Positions 10,196-22,577 of a stretch of 64,000 nt of DNA are shown one piece after another. Location: positions 96,001-160,000 of the forward strand of contig CAWIBO010000003.1 in NCBI GenBank assembly GCA_963834385.1. The letters are read 5' to 3'. The stretch is from an uncultured Verrucomicrobiae bacterium. GTDB lineage: Bacteria > Verrucomicrobiota > Verrucomicrobiia > Chthoniobacterales > UBA10450. The notes below the pieces were generated by a model, which did not search any database, had not been told where the DNA came from, and was given only the letters and a program-made list of their open reading frames with translations. The translations under genes and the position numbers were made by a program. Position 1 is the stretch's first letter; the number at the start of each line of letters is the position of its first letter.

Positions 10196-12474
10196 ACCGG
10201 CGTCGTCTCAGCCCGCGCCTCCGCCTCCAGCTCGTCGCCTTCCTCATGCTCCTCGGCATGGGCGCGATCGTCTTCAAGCTCTGGCTCGTCCAGGTCGCCC
10301 ATGGCCCGGAATGGACCGCAAAAATCCGCGGCAGCTCCGAGGTCACCGTCCGCATCCCGTCGGTTCGCGGGGAGATTCGCGACCGCGATGGCGTGGCCCT
10401 CGTGCAAAATCGCGCCAGCTACGAGGTCGATTTTTATCTGCCGGAAATGGTCAAGGGCTACCGGCAGCGGGTGGGGCGTCCGCCGTTGACCGAGTATCGC
10501 GGCAGGGTCAACGGCATGCCGAAAGACCTGAAGGAGCCGGATATCGTCAAGATCGTGAACGAGGGGATCGTCCCCCGACTCGATGAGCTCGATCTGGCCC
10601 GGGATTACAACGCGAACCGCCTCCAGAAGCATTACCGGACCAACACGGAAGTGCCGTTCTCCTACATGAAGGACATCGACTTCGCCACCATGGCGAAGTT
10701 TTCCGAGCATGACGTCGGCCTGCCCGGGGTGGACATCGCGATCAAGCCCGTGCGCTCCTACGTTTACGGTTCCCTCGCGGCGCATCTGCTCGGTTATGTC
10801 GGGGCCCCGGACGAGACCAACAAGGAGGAGGCCCGGAAGTTCAGCTTTTACCAGGCGGACGTGGAGGGGAAAACCAACATCGAGAAGACCATGGACGAGT
10901 ATCTCCGGGGCAAACCGGGGGTGCGTTACATGCGGCGCAATGCCAAGGGCACCATCGATGGCGTGCTGCGCGAGGAACCGCCCCAGGCTGGCGCCAATGT
11001 CGTCCTCACGATCAACGCCCGGCTGCAGATGATCACGGAAGAGGCCCTGCGCGCGGCCGGCCGCGCCGCCGCGGTCGTGATCGACCCGAGCAATGGCGAG
11101 ATCCTTGCCATGGCCTCGGTCCCCTCCTTCGACCCGAACACTTTCATCCCCAGCATCAAGGCCAAGGACTGGGAGATCCTCCGGAAGAACGAGGCCAATC
11201 CGCTGATCAACCGTGCCGTCAGTGGTTTTCCCCCCGGGTCCACTTTCAAGCTGGTGACCGCGCTGGCCGGGTTGCGGAAAAACCTGGCGGACGCCCGTTA
11301 CAGCTGCGGCGGGGGCGTCTCCTACGGCGACCATTATTTCCGCTGCTGGGTCTCGGAGAAAGGCTACACCCACGGGACCATCGGCCTGGCCGACGCGATC
11401 AAGGTCTCGTGTAACTCCTACTTTTATCAGCTCGGCAACGCCGCCGGCATCAATGCCATCGTCGAGACCGGCACCACCCTTAACCTCGGGGAAGCGACCG
11501 GGATCGAAATCACCGGCGAGCAACCGGGCGTTCTGCCCGGGCCCGACTGGATGCGCATCCATTACCCGAATGAACGCTGGACCTCCGCCTATACCGCCAA
11601 CGTTTCCATCGGCCAGGGCTACGATCTGGTCAGCCCACTGCAGCTCGCGATGGTTTACGCCACCGTGGCCAACGGCGGCGTCTCCTACTATCCGCGGCTG
11701 ATCAAGGATGTGGTCGACGCCGAGGGCCGGTCCCTGGTCAATTCTTCCGGCCGCCTCGTCATCCCGCGTGAACCAAGGGTGCATGGCGACCTGCGAACCG
11801 ATTTCACCCCGGCTCAGATCGAGCTGGCCCGCCGTGGCCTTTGGAAAGTGGTCAACGAAGCGGGCGGAACCGGCGGGAAGGCACGGCTGGAGAACATCGA
11901 GGTCGCGGGCAAAACCGGCTCGGCCCAGGCCATGACCGACGGCAAGAGCGATACCATTGCCTGGTTCGCCTGCTTCGCTCCGTATAACAACCCTCGCTAC
12001 ACCATTGCCGTCATGGTGCAGGGCGGCAAAGGCGGTGGCGCCGTGGCTGCGCCCATCGCCAACCGCATCCTGGAGCGCGCCCTGGCCATGGAGGAGGGCC
12101 GCTTCGAGCAGAAGGTCGCCTGGGTGGAGCCGGCCCAGAAAGCCGATCCTTTTGCCTTCATCGAGGCCATCGATTTCGCTTCAACCGGCCCCAACGTCCC
12201 CGGGGCGGATGGCGGCGACCCAGCCACCAGCCAGACCGCCAACGTCCAGCTCGCAGCTGAAGGCGCCAGCCCCGATGTCGAACCGGAGGCCGATGCCCGC
12301 GGCCAGGTCGCCTCGCGCCCCGTCCGGGCCGCGCGCGCCACCGCCGTGCGCCGCCCGGCCGCGCCTCCGCAGCAAACCCGCAAACCCAACTTTTTCGATC
12401 GCCTTTTCGGCCGGCGCCCCCAGCCGACTCCGCCGCCCCGCCCGGTTCGGCGCCAGCAGCAGCCGCGCCGCTAA
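10192..12474 (+). CDS. mrdA: Penicillin-binding protein 2
   Basis: RGEIRDRDG, SxxK (GSTFK), SCN and KTG motifs. Confidence 0.92.
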   Translation: MNRRRLSPRLRLQLVAFLMLLGMGAIVFKLWLVQVAHGPEWTAKIRGSSEVTVRIPSVRGEIRDRDGVALVQNRASYEVDFYLPEMVKGYRQRVGRPPLTEYRGRVNGMPKDLKEPDIVKIVNEGIVPRLDELDLARDYNANRLQKHYRTNTEVPFSYMKDIDFATMAKFSEHDVGLPGVDIAIKPVRSYVYGSLAAHLLGYVGAPDETNKEEARKFSFYQADVEGKTNIEKTMDEYLRGKPGVRYMRRNAKGTIDGVLREEPPQAGANVVLTINARLQMITEEALRAAGRAAAVVIDPSNGEILAMASVPSFDPNTFIPSIKAKDWEILRKNEANPLINRAVSGFPPGSTFKLVTALAGLRKNLADARYSCGGGVSYGDHYFRCWVSEKGYTHGTIGLADAIKVSCNSYFYQLGNAAGINAIVETGTTLNLGEATGIEITGEQPGVLPGPDWMRIHYPNERWTSAYTANVSIGQGYDLVSPLQLAMVYATVANGGVSYYPRLIKDVVDAEGRSLVNSSGRLVIPREPRVHGDLRTDFTPAQIELARRGLWKVVNEAGGTGGKARLENIEVAGKTGSAQAMTDGKSDTIAWFACFAPYNNPRYTIAVMVQGGKGGGAVAAPIANRILERALAMEEGRFEQKVAWVEPAQKADPFAFIEAIDFASTGPNVPGADGGDPATSQTANVQLAAEGASPDVEPEADARGQVASRPVRAARATAVRRPAAPPQQTRKPNFFDRLFGRRPQPTPPPRPVRRQQQPRR

Positions 12475-12541
12475 ATCATGATCGCCCGCTCCACTCTGCC
12501 GCCATCCTCACGGGACCGGCTCGCCCTCATCCCATTTCAAT

Positions 12542-14116
12542 ATGATAGACAAAGTGAAAAAAATTCTCGGACTGTCGCCTCGCAAAACCGGCAACAAACT
12601 CGTGGTCAGCGTCGAAAAACTCGAGCGGCGCGTGGCCCTGCTGGAGAACGGTCGGCTCGAGGAATATAGCGTCGAGCGCGACACTTCGCGCAACATCGTC
12701 GGGAGCGTCTTCAAGGGGAAGGTGCGCAACATCGAGATGGGCCTGAAGGCGATGTTCGTCGACATCGGGTTCGAAAAAAACGCCTTTCTGCATTTCTGGG
12801 ATGCCCTCCCGGCCGCGCTCGACAGCGGCATCGAGGAGATCGACCGGCCCGACCGCCGCAAGCCCAAGAAGCGGATCACCGCCAAGGACATCCCCAGCAT
12901 CTATCCGGTCGGGTCGGAGGTGATTGTGCAGGTGACCAAGGGGCCCATCGGCACCAAGGGCCCGCGCGTCACCACCAATCTCAGCTTCGCCGGCCGTTAC
13001 CTGGTCCTGATGCCCTTCAGCGACCGCAGCGGCATCTCGCGCAAGATCGAGGACCCCAAGGAGCGCGAGCGGCTGCGCAAGATCCTGCGCCAGCTCGAGA
13101 TCCCGGACGGCTTTGGCGTCATCATCCGGACGGTGGGCGAGGGACAGCGGGCTCGTTACTTTGTGCGCGATCTCGGGTTCCTCATCGAGCAATGGGCCCA
13201 GGTCGAGCAGATGATCAAGGATAACCCCGCGCCCTGCCGGGTCTTCGAGGAGCCCGATCTGGTTGAGCGCACGGTGCGCGACTTCCTCACGGACGAGATT
13301 GACGAGGTCCTGTGCGACGACAAGGAGGCGACCGAGCGCATGGCAGACATCGTCGGCCAGATCTCGCGCCGCGCCCGCGGGCGGGTGCGCCATTACGAGG
13401 GCGCGACGCCGATTTTCGAGATGTTCGGGGTGCAAAAGCAGATCGACGATGCCTTCCACCGCCAGGTCTGGCTGAAATGCGGCGGCTACATCGTGATCGA
13501 TGAAACCGAGGCGCTGGTGGCGGTGGACGTGAACACCGGGCGGAACAAGGGCGGGCGCGACGTCGAGAAGACGATCCTCCAGACCAACCTCGAGGCGGCC
13601 GACGAAATCGCCCGGCAACTCCGGCTCCGCAACATTGGCGGCCTGATCATCGGCGATTTCATCGACATGAAGAACCGGCGCGACCAGCAGACGGTTTACA
13701 ACCTGATGAAGGAGCGCCTGAAACGGGACAAGGCCCGCACCCATGTGCTGCCACTTTCACCGCTGGGGCTCATGGAAATGACGCGGCAGCGCGCCCAGGA
13801 AAGCCTGAGCGACTCGATCTACGAGAACTGCCCCTATTGCCAGGGGCGGGGCGTGGTCAAGACGTCGATGACCACCAGCGTGGAGCTGCATCGCGAGCTC
13901 AACAGTGTGATGCGCAAACACCAGGACACCGTCCACGAGATCCGGGTGATCGTGAATCCCGATGTGCTGAAACGGTTGAAGGAGGAGGACGAGGAGATGC
14001 TGATCGACCTCGAGCGCCGTTACGCCGGCCGTCTTCTCTTCCGGGGCGATCCCAGCTATCACCACGAAAAATTCACCATCACCGACGCCTCCTCCGGCGC
14101 CGAGTTGAAATCCTGA
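12542..14116 (+). CDS. rng: Ribonuclease G (Rne/Rng family)
   Basis: S1 domain, VQVTKGPIGTKGPRVTT, DVNTG, EIARQLRLRNIGGLIIGDFIDM, CPYCQGRG. Confidence 0.92.
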   Translation: MIDKVKKILGLSPRKTGNKLVVSVEKLERRVALLENGRLEEYSVERDTSRNIVGSVFKGKVRNIEMGLKAMFVDIGFEKNAFLHFWDALPAALDSGIEEIDRPDRRKPKKRITAKDIPSIYPVGSEVIVQVTKGPIGTKGPRVTTNLSFAGRYLVLMPFSDRSGISRKIEDPKERERLRKILRQLEIPDGFGVIIRTVGEGQRARYFVRDLGFLIEQWAQVEQMIKDNPAPCRVFEEPDLVERTVRDFLTDEIDEVLCDDKEATERMADIVGQISRRARGRVRHYEGATPIFEMFGVQKQIDDAFHRQVWLKCGGYIVIDETEALVAVDVNTGRNKGGRDVEKTILQTNLEAADEIARQLRLRNIGGLIIGDFIDMKNRRDQQTVYNLMKERLKRDKARTHVLPLSPLGLMEMTRQRAQESLSDSIYENCPYCQGRGVVKTSMTTSVELHRELNSVMRKHQDTVHEIRVIVNPDVLKRLKEEDEEMLIDLERRYAGRLLFRGDPSYHHEKFTITDASSGAELKS

Positions 14117-14496
14117 CGCTTTCCGCCCGGGTCATCCGCCGCCTGCCCCTTGCGAAGTTTTTGGGAGAGGCCGGCCCCGGCGGCTCCCTCCGAACCAGCG
14201 ATTTCAGCTGGCATTTTATGACCCGGGAGGACTCGATTTTCGGCAGGGCCCGAAGCGGCCTGACCTTGCGCCCTTTAGCGTCCCGGCAGGGACGCGGAAG
14301 CGACCGGGGCCGGGCGCCGAAAAGGGCCTTTCCGGCCCCTTGCATTTCGTTGTTGCCCTTTCCCTGTTCGCCGTTTTAGTCTGCGGGCGAACGGTCAACC
14401 GGAAGGCCCCTTTTCCCCTCGTAGAGAAACAATCGGGGAAAATGGTTTTTTTTGTTGACTACCTTGGTCAATTCACCTATTCGCTCAGCCAACCTT

Positions 14497-15193
14497 ATGA
14501 AAAAACTTACCTTAACCTTGTGTGGGCTCGTGGCCCTCATGACGGCTGCCTACGCTGGCTCGGAGGCCTACTCCGGCAAAGAAATGAAGCAGACCGTTCC
14601 TCCGCCCTGCCCTGAATTCTATCAGGACTACGAGTTTAACCTCGGCGTCTGGGGCGCCGTTGGCTTCGCCGGACATGATCATCCTGATCATGCGCTCGTC
14701 GGTCACCTCGCTGGTGGCGGCGGCATTGACGCGAAGTATTTCTTCCGTCGTTACTTCGGCGTCGGCCTCCAGGGTTTCGGCCTCTTCAACTTCGAAGATC
14801 GGCACGATTACACTGCGACCGAGAACAACCTCGCGAATCAGTTCCGCACAGGACCTCGACCGTTCCGCCAATGATTTCGCTGGTGCGGTCTCCGCGACCT
14901 TCACGCTGCGTTATCCTTTCCCCTGCCATCAGTTCTCGCCTTTCGTCGTTACCGGCGTCGGCGCTTACTTCGGGCAGGACGCCAAGGACAACATCGACTT
15001 CGATGAAGACGATAACGAATTCGAGTTTTCGCGTGGCGATAACGACGCGCACATCGGCACCCACGTTGGTGGCGGTGTTGAGTGGCGCTTCACCCCGAGC
15101 TTCTCGGCCATCAGCGACTTCACCTGGCATTGGGTCGAAGGTCACGACAACAACTTCGGCATGTTCAAGGCCGGCCTGAACTTCGCGTTCTAA
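14497..15193 (+). CDS. Outer-membrane beta-barrel protein (frameshift near 14860)
   Basis: Signal peptide, alternating beta strands and C-terminal aromatic signature KAGLNFAF; split over two ORFs. Confidence 0.8.
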
Positions 15194-15215
15194 GAACCGA
15201 ACAGGATAAAGCTTC

Positions 15216-15257
15216 AAACGCCGGGAACACTGCATGTGTTCCCGGCGTTTTGCTTTT
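15216..15257 (+). terminator. Rho-independent terminator
   Basis: AAACGCCGGGAACAC-tgcat-GTGTTCCCGGCGTTT followed by TGCTTTT. Confidence 0.85.
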
Positions 15258-15928
15258 CAGGCTAGGAAGGAGCTGATCTCCCCCAGCGGCTTCCGCGTGA
15301 TCGCGGGCACCCGGGCGTCGCGCGCCGGATATCCCACCACCAGGAGCAGGAACGGCTTTTCGTAGGCCGGACGCCCCAGGATCCGGTTCAGGAACGCCAT
15401 CGGGCTCGGCGTGTGGGTCAGCGAGGCCAGGCCGGCCTGGTGCAGCGCGCTGATCAAAATGCCCGTGGCAATGCCGACCGACTCGGTCGCGTAGTAATGC
15501 TTCATGGTCGTGCCGTCCGGCAGTCGCCGGTGCGGCTGTGAAAAAATGGCAATGAGCCACGGGGCAATCTCCAGGAACGGCTTGCGCCAGTCGGTCCCGA
15601 TCGGGGCCAGCGCTTCCAGCCAGGCCGCCGGGGCGCGATGAGTGTAAAATTCGCGTTCTTCCTCCTCGGCCGCCTGCCGGATCTCCTTTTTGCGCGCCGG
15701 GTCGCTCACCGCGACGAAGTGCCAGGGCTGGAGATTGGCGCCCGCTGGGCGCGCTGCCGGCCGCGGCCAGGCAGTGTTCAATGATCTCCCGCGGCACCGG
15801 GTCAGCGGAAAAATCGCGGACGGTGCGGCGCTGGCGCCATCATTTCGTGAAAGCCGCGCGCACGCTCGAGTACTTCCGACGCGGGGCGATACGTCAAAGG
15901 AGGAAAGGGGAACGGATTCGACGGCCAT
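15257..15928 (-). CDS. Iodotyrosine deiodinase-like nitroreductase (frameshifts in 5' part)
   Basis: [58 protein letters not shown]. Confidence 0.85.
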   Translation of the reverse strand: MAVESVPLSSFDVSPRVGSTRACARLSRNDGASAAPSAIFPLTRCRGRSLNTAWPRPAARPAGANLQPWHFVAVSDPARKKEIRQAAEEEEREFYTHRAPAAWLEALAPIGTDWRKPFLEIAPWLIAIFSQPHRRLPDGTTMKHYYATESVGIATGILISALHQAGLASLTHTPSPMAFLNRILGRPAYEKPFLLLVVGYPARDARVPAITRKPLGEISSFLA

Positions 15929-16000
15929 GCCGCATCCTAACGGCCGGGCTTGGCCTCTCCAAGGATTTGCGGGCGCGCGTGACCGGACACACTGTTAGGC

Positions 16001-17110
16001 ATGTCGTTCGCCGACGTTTTGCACAAGGCGCCGCCCCCGGAAAGGGTGCGCCGATTCGAGAGCCTGCTTTCTCCCATGGAGGATGCCGCGCTCGATCGCC
16101 TCGCGCACCGGGCCACGCTCCTGACCCGCCAGAATTTCGGCCGGGCCATGCGGCTCTTTGCCCCGCTTTATCTTTCCAACGAATGCATCAACAACTGCGC
16201 CTATTGCGGTTTCTCCCGCGATAATCCCATCCTGCGGGTGACTCTCGGGCTCGACCAGGTCGCGGCGGAAGCCAGATACCTCGCCGCCGAGGGGTTCCGC
16301 CATATCCTCCTCGTGACCGGTGAACATCCGAAGTTTGCCGGGAAATCCTACCTGGCTGACTGCATCCGCCGGCTCGCCCCCGATTTTGCCTCCATTTCGA
16401 TCGAGGTGGGGCCCATGGAGACCAGTGAATACGAGGCGGTGGTGCGGGCCGGGGCGGAAGGCCTGGTGGTTTACCAGGAAACCTACGACCGGACGGTTTA
16501 TGACGAGGTCCACACCGCGGGACCCAAGCGCGACTTCAACTGGCGCCTGGAATGTCCGGAGCGCGGTTATGCCGCCGGCTTTCGTCGGCTTGGCGTGGGC
16601 GCTCTTCTCGGCCTGGCCCCCTGGCGGCAGGAGGCCATGGCGCTGGCCTGGCATGTCGATTACCTCCTCCGGCACTGCTGGAAGGCCCAGATCACCGTCA
16701 GTCTTCCCCGGTTGCGTCCCGCCGCCGGTGGCTACGCCCCCGCGCACTCGCTGGGCGACCGCGAACTGGCCCAGCTGATCTGCGCTTTTCGAGTCACATT
16801 CCCGCAGGTCGGGATCGTTCTGAGCACGCGGGAGCCGGCTCCGCTGCGCGATGCCCTGGCGCCACTCGGGATCACCATGATGAGCGCCGGCAGTCACACC
16901 GAGCCCGGCGGTTACACGCACCAGGGCGCGGACGACCTTCACCTGACGGTCCGCGGCCGGATTGTCCCGCCGGAATCCCCGGCCGGGAATGCCACGAGCC
17001 AGTTTGAGATCAGCGACGCCCGTTCCGCCGCGGAGGTGGCGGCGGCCCTGCAGGCGAGCGGTCTGGAGCCGGTCTGGAAGGATTGGGACATTGCCCTGAC
17101 CGGTTCATGA
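16001..17110 (+). CDS. thiH: 2-iminoacetate synthase ThiH (radical SAM)
   Basis: LFAPLYLSNECINNCAYCGF, YQETY, LSTRE, SAGSHTEPGGY, QFEISD. Confidence 0.95.
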   Translation: MSFADVLHKAPPPERVRRFESLLSPMEDAALDRLAHRATLLTRQNFGRAMRLFAPLYLSNECINNCAYCGFSRDNPILRVTLGLDQVAAEARYLAAEGFRHILLVTGEHPKFAGKSYLADCIRRLAPDFASISIEVGPMETSEYEAVVRAGAEGLVVYQETYDRTVYDEVHTAGPKRDFNWRLECPERGYAAGFRRLGVGALLGLAPWRQEAMALAWHVDYLLRHCWKAQITVSLPRLRPAAGGYAPAHSLGDRELAQLICAFRVTFPQVGIVLSTREPAPLRDALAPLGITMMSAGSHTEPGGYTHQGADDLHLTVRGRIVPPESPAGNATSQFEISDARSAAEVAAALQASGLEPVWKDWDIALTGS

Positions 17111-17307
17111 CGGTGACGTTAAACGGGGCAGCCACGGAGACCGAGGGGGCCGCGACCATCAGCGAACTCGTCCGACGGTTGCAGCTCCCGCCGGCCGCCA
17201 TCCTCGTGGAACACAACGGGGTGGCCTTACGGCCGCGCGAATGGGACGGCACGAGCCTGGCCGAGGGTGACCGGATCGAAATGATCCGGGTGGTGGCCGG
17301 TGGCTGA
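17107..17307 (+). CDS. thiS: Sulfur carrier protein ThiS
   Basis: 66 aa, VEHNG, GDRIE, C-terminal VAGG. Confidence 0.93.
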   Translation: MTVTLNGAATETEGAATISELVRRLQLPPAAILVEHNGVALRPREWDGTSLAEGDRIEMIRVVAGG

Positions 17308-17313
17308 GGAAAG

Positions 17314-18708
17314 TCAGGGCGCCGGCTGGACCACCACGCGCATGCCGTCCGTTTGCGTGATGACCACCCGCGCCTCGGCCGGGATAAAATCGCCGCTCGA
17401 GACGACGTCCACAATCTGGTCATCAAACCGGGCTTTGCCGCTGGGCCGGAGGGTGGTGAGGGCAACGCCTTCCATGCCGGAGCGAACATGCACCCCAATG
17501 GCCACATCGCTCCCGGCCCCAATGGAGGGCCCGGTCGGGATCTCGCTCATGAGCGCGAACCGGCGATAAAGGCTGGTGCGCGGGAGATAGCGCGCCAGCA
17601 GAAACATGGAGGCGGCGGCGGCGATCAGCGCGAGCATGAGGTTGCGCAGCGGAATCTCGAGCATGTTGCCGGTCGGCCACCAGTCCTGGCTCGGGTAGCG
17701 GTCCACCATGGCCATAAGGAGCGACCCGAGGACAAGGAGCACGCCGATGATGCCGAAAACGATGCTGGAGCTGGCAAAAAGGAAGATTTCCAGCGCGATA
17801 AAGATCAGGCCAAGGACAAAGAGGGCGACCGTTTCCCACCCGGCCAGGCCGGCCAGGTAATGGCCGAGGAAAAACAGCACGAAACAGACGGCCGAAATGA
17901 TGCCGAAAACGCTGATGCCGGGAATCTTGAACTCAAGGTAGGCGCCGATGATTCCGACCAGCAGAAGGACCGGGGCGAGCGCGGTGATCCAGAGCGCCAG
18001 CTGCTCGAACCCGCTCGGGCTCCAGCGCACGATTTCCCCTTTCAGCCCCGCCTTCTTCACCACCTCTTCGATGGAGTCCGCGATGCCGGCCGCCAGGACC
18101 GGTTTGCCGCCCAGGACCTGCGCCGCCTCCTGCGCGCTGAGGGTCAGGACCGTGCCTTTTTCGTGCACCACTTTGTCGCCGATCCGCACCTCTTTCTCCT
18201 TGTTCATGAAGGCTTCGCCCACGTCGGGGTTGTGCCCCTTGCTCGTGGCCGACGCGCGGATCAGGGCGGACCAGTAGGAGATCGTTTTTTCCTTGGCCGT
18301 GGCCGGCAAATCCTCGCCTGTGGATAGAATCGGCGCGGCTGCCCCGATGGCGCTGACCGGCGCCATGTAAATCTTGTCGGTGGCGAGCGCGATAATGGCC
18401 CCGGCGGAGCCGGCATTGGTGTTGATGTAACTGTAGGTCGGGATCTTGAGCTGGCCGAGCACTCCGGTCAGCTTCTCCGCGCTGTCGAGGCGGCCGCCGT
18501 AGGTGTCGAGATCGAGGATGACCGCGCTGGCCGAGGCGGCTTCCGCAGCCTTTGTCGCCCGGCGCAGCAGCAGGACCTGCGCGGGCGCGATCTCGCCTTT
18601 GAGGGGGATGACGACGATGTCGCCCTTTTCGATCTCCTCCTGCGCGTCCAAAGCGGGGACCAACGCGGCGGCGAGGAGCGCGAGGAGACACAGGGAGATT
18701 TTTTTCAT
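17314..18708 (-). CDS. NfeD family membrane-bound serine protease (ClpP class)
   Basis: Signal peptide, LDTYGG, AGSAGAIIALA, TM bundle and C-terminal LRPSGKA OB-fold. Confidence 0.88.
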   Translation of the reverse strand: MKKISLCLLALLAAALVPALDAQEEIEKGDIVVIPLKGEIAPAQVLLLRRATKAAEAASASAVILDLDTYGGRLDSAEKLTGVLGQLKIPTYSYINTNAGSAGAIIALATDKIYMAPVSAIGAAAPILSTGEDLPATAKEKTISYWSALIRASATSKGHNPDVGEAFMNKEKEVRIGDKVVHEKGTVLTLSAQEAAQVLGGKPVLAAGIADSIEEVVKKAGLKGEIVRWSPSGFEQLALWITALAPVLLLVGIIGAYLEFKIPGISVFGIISAVCFVLFFLGHYLAGLAGWETVALFVLGLIFIALEIFLFASSSIVFGIIGVLLVLGSLLMAMVDRYPSQDWWPTGNMLEIPLRNLMLALIAAAASMFLLARYLPRTSLYRRFALMSEIPTGPSIGAGSDVAIGVHVRSGMEGVALTTLRPSGKARFDDQIVDVVSSGDFIPAEARVVITQTDGMRVVVQPAP

Positions 18709-18781
18709 CGTTGGAAGCGGGGAGACGCTGCGGTACCTTGGCACCCCCCGCGGTCTTATCGAGGAAAAAAGTGGCTTAAAA

Positions 18782-20596
18782 ATGGGCAGCATACCCGAGG
18801 AAACCATCGAGCAGGTTGCCGCCGCCAACGATATCGCGGACGTGATCGGCTCCTACTTTCCGCTGAAACGCGCGGGCGCCAATTTCAAGGCGCTCTGCCC
18901 CTTTCATCAGGAGAAGACCCCCTCCTTCCATGTCAGTCCGGCGCGCCAGACCTTTCACTGTTTCGGCTGCGGCGTCGGCGGCTCCGTTTTTCGCTTCGTC
19001 ATGGAATACGAGCACATCGATTTCCCGGCGGCGGTGCGACGCCTCGGCGCCCGCGCGGGCATCCCGATCGTTGAGGAACGGTTCTCCACCGCGGAGGGCG
19101 ACCGCCAGCATGAGACGCGCGCCCTGCTCCTGCGGCTCCATGCCGAGGCCGCAGAATGGTTTCATCATCATCTCATGAAGGCGGAGGCCGGCGCGGCGGC
19201 CCGCCAGTACCTGAAAGGGCGCGGGATCGACGGCCGGGTCGCCAAAGCCTGGCAGCTCGGGTTTGCCCCCGATTCCTGGGAGGCCTTTCTCAAGTGGGCG
19301 CGCGAGAAGGGGTATCGCCGCGAACATCTCCGGCAGAGCGGCCTGGTGAAGCTGCGCGATGAGGACCGCCCCGAAGGCGAGCTCTACGATCGCTTTCGCG
19401 GCCGGATCATGTTCCCCATTTGCAACGACATCGGCGAGGTGGTCGCCTTCAGCGGACGGGTCCTCGAGAAGGAAGCGGAAGGCGCGAAATACCTGAACTC
19501 GCCTGAAACCCCGCTTTTCCGGAAGGGGAATATCCTTTTCGGGCTGCACCGAACGAAGCGCGGATTGATTGAGGCGGGGTGCGCCATCGTCTGCGAAGGC
19601 CAGCTGGACCTGATTTCGCTCTTTGAAGCCGGCTTCACCAACGTGGTCGCGCCGCAGGGCACTGCCTTCACCGAAGCGCAGGCCCGCGTTCTGAAGCGCT
19701 ACGTGAACGAGGTTGTCCTTTGTTTCGATTCCGACAGCGCCGGGCAAAAGGCGGCCGAACGCTCGCTCGACGCGCTGTTGCAGAACGATCTCGTCATTCG
19801 CGTGGCCACGATGCCTCCAGGGGAGGACCCGGATTCACTCGTCCGGAACAAGGGGCGCGACGCCTTTGCCGAACGGATCAGCGCGGCGCGTGATTTTTTC
19901 GAGCATTGGATCGAACGCGAAACCGAGGGCGAGAACACCCATTCGCTGGTCGCCCGGACCAAACTGGCCCGGCGCCTTGCCGAAATGGTCGGCCGGATCC
20001 AGGACACCTTTTTGCGCGGCGAAGTGGCGGGCCGGGCCAGCGCGCAGCTCGGGCTGCCCTTGCGCGAGTTTGAAAAACTTGTCCCGCGCGACAACACGCG
20101 TCGTGCAGAGCGTGCGGACCGGGCCGAGCCGGCCGAGCCGGCGCCGGCTCCCTCCCATGAGATTGCCATGATCTGCCTGCTGGCTTTGCGTCACCGCGAG
20201 GCCCGGGATTTTCTCCTCGCGCAGGACTGGCGGGAGCTGCTGGCGCAAACGCCCGGCTCGGAACTGTTGCAGCGCATCCTCGAAGGCTCCTTTGATCCCG
20301 CCGAGCCGAGTTCACTCAACGTCTTCATGGCCGGCCTTCCGCCCGCGGAGGAATCGATCATGGCCGGCTGGCTTCTGCGGCCGATGCCGACCAACCCGCT
20401 CGCGGTGGCCGAGGGATGGTGGCGGGGCCTCCAGCAAAGCGCCCTCCGGCGCCAGCTCCAGGTGGCCGAGCACCGGATGAAACTTCCGCAGCTTACCCCC
20501 GGCGAGGTGGTCAATTTGCAGAAACAAATCCTTGACCTGCAAAAGCAGCTCCGCGAGCTTGCGCAGCTTTCGTCCCCCCGCATTGTCGACCATTGA
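18782..20596 (+). CDS. dnaG: DNA primase
   Basis: CPFHQEKTPSF...CFGC zinc finger, DRFRGRIMFP, KYLNSPET, toprim FDSDSAG. Confidence 0.97.
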   Translation: MGSIPEETIEQVAAANDIADVIGSYFPLKRAGANFKALCPFHQEKTPSFHVSPARQTFHCFGCGVGGSVFRFVMEYEHIDFPAAVRRLGARAGIPIVEERFSTAEGDRQHETRALLLRLHAEAAEWFHHHLMKAEAGAAARQYLKGRGIDGRVAKAWQLGFAPDSWEAFLKWAREKGYRREHLRQSGLVKLRDEDRPEGELYDRFRGRIMFPICNDIGEVVAFSGRVLEKEAEGAKYLNSPETPLFRKGNILFGLHRTKRGLIEAGCAIVCEGQLDLISLFEAGFTNVVAPQGTAFTEAQARVLKRYVNEVVLCFDSDSAGQKAAERSLDALLQNDLVIRVATMPPGEDPDSLVRNKGRDAFAERISAARDFFEHWIERETEGENTHSLVARTKLARRLAEMVGRIQDTFLRGEVAGRASAQLGLPLREFEKLVPRDNTRRAERADRAEPAEPAPAPSHEIAMICLLALRHREARDFLLAQDWRELLAQTPGSELLQRILEGSFDPAEPSSLNVFMAGLPPAEESIMAGWLLRPMPTNPLAVAEGWWRGLQQSALRRQLQVAEHRMKLPQLTPGEVVNLQKQILDLQKQLRELAQLSSPRIVDH

Positions 20597-20659
20597 AGTC
20601 GCCGGGGATGCGGGCGAAATCACGGGCGCAAAGCCTACTCGAAACCTCGACAGCACCCC

Positions 20660-22531
<1,872 letters not shown>

Positions 22532-22577
22532 AAATTCCTGCAACTTTCCGCGGGACCGGCTGTTTAATCACCGTCCA

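Noticed and set aside
15929..16000. TPP riboswitch before thiH
   Set aside because: The gap is only 72 bp and lacks the CTGAGA core and other TPP consensus elements.
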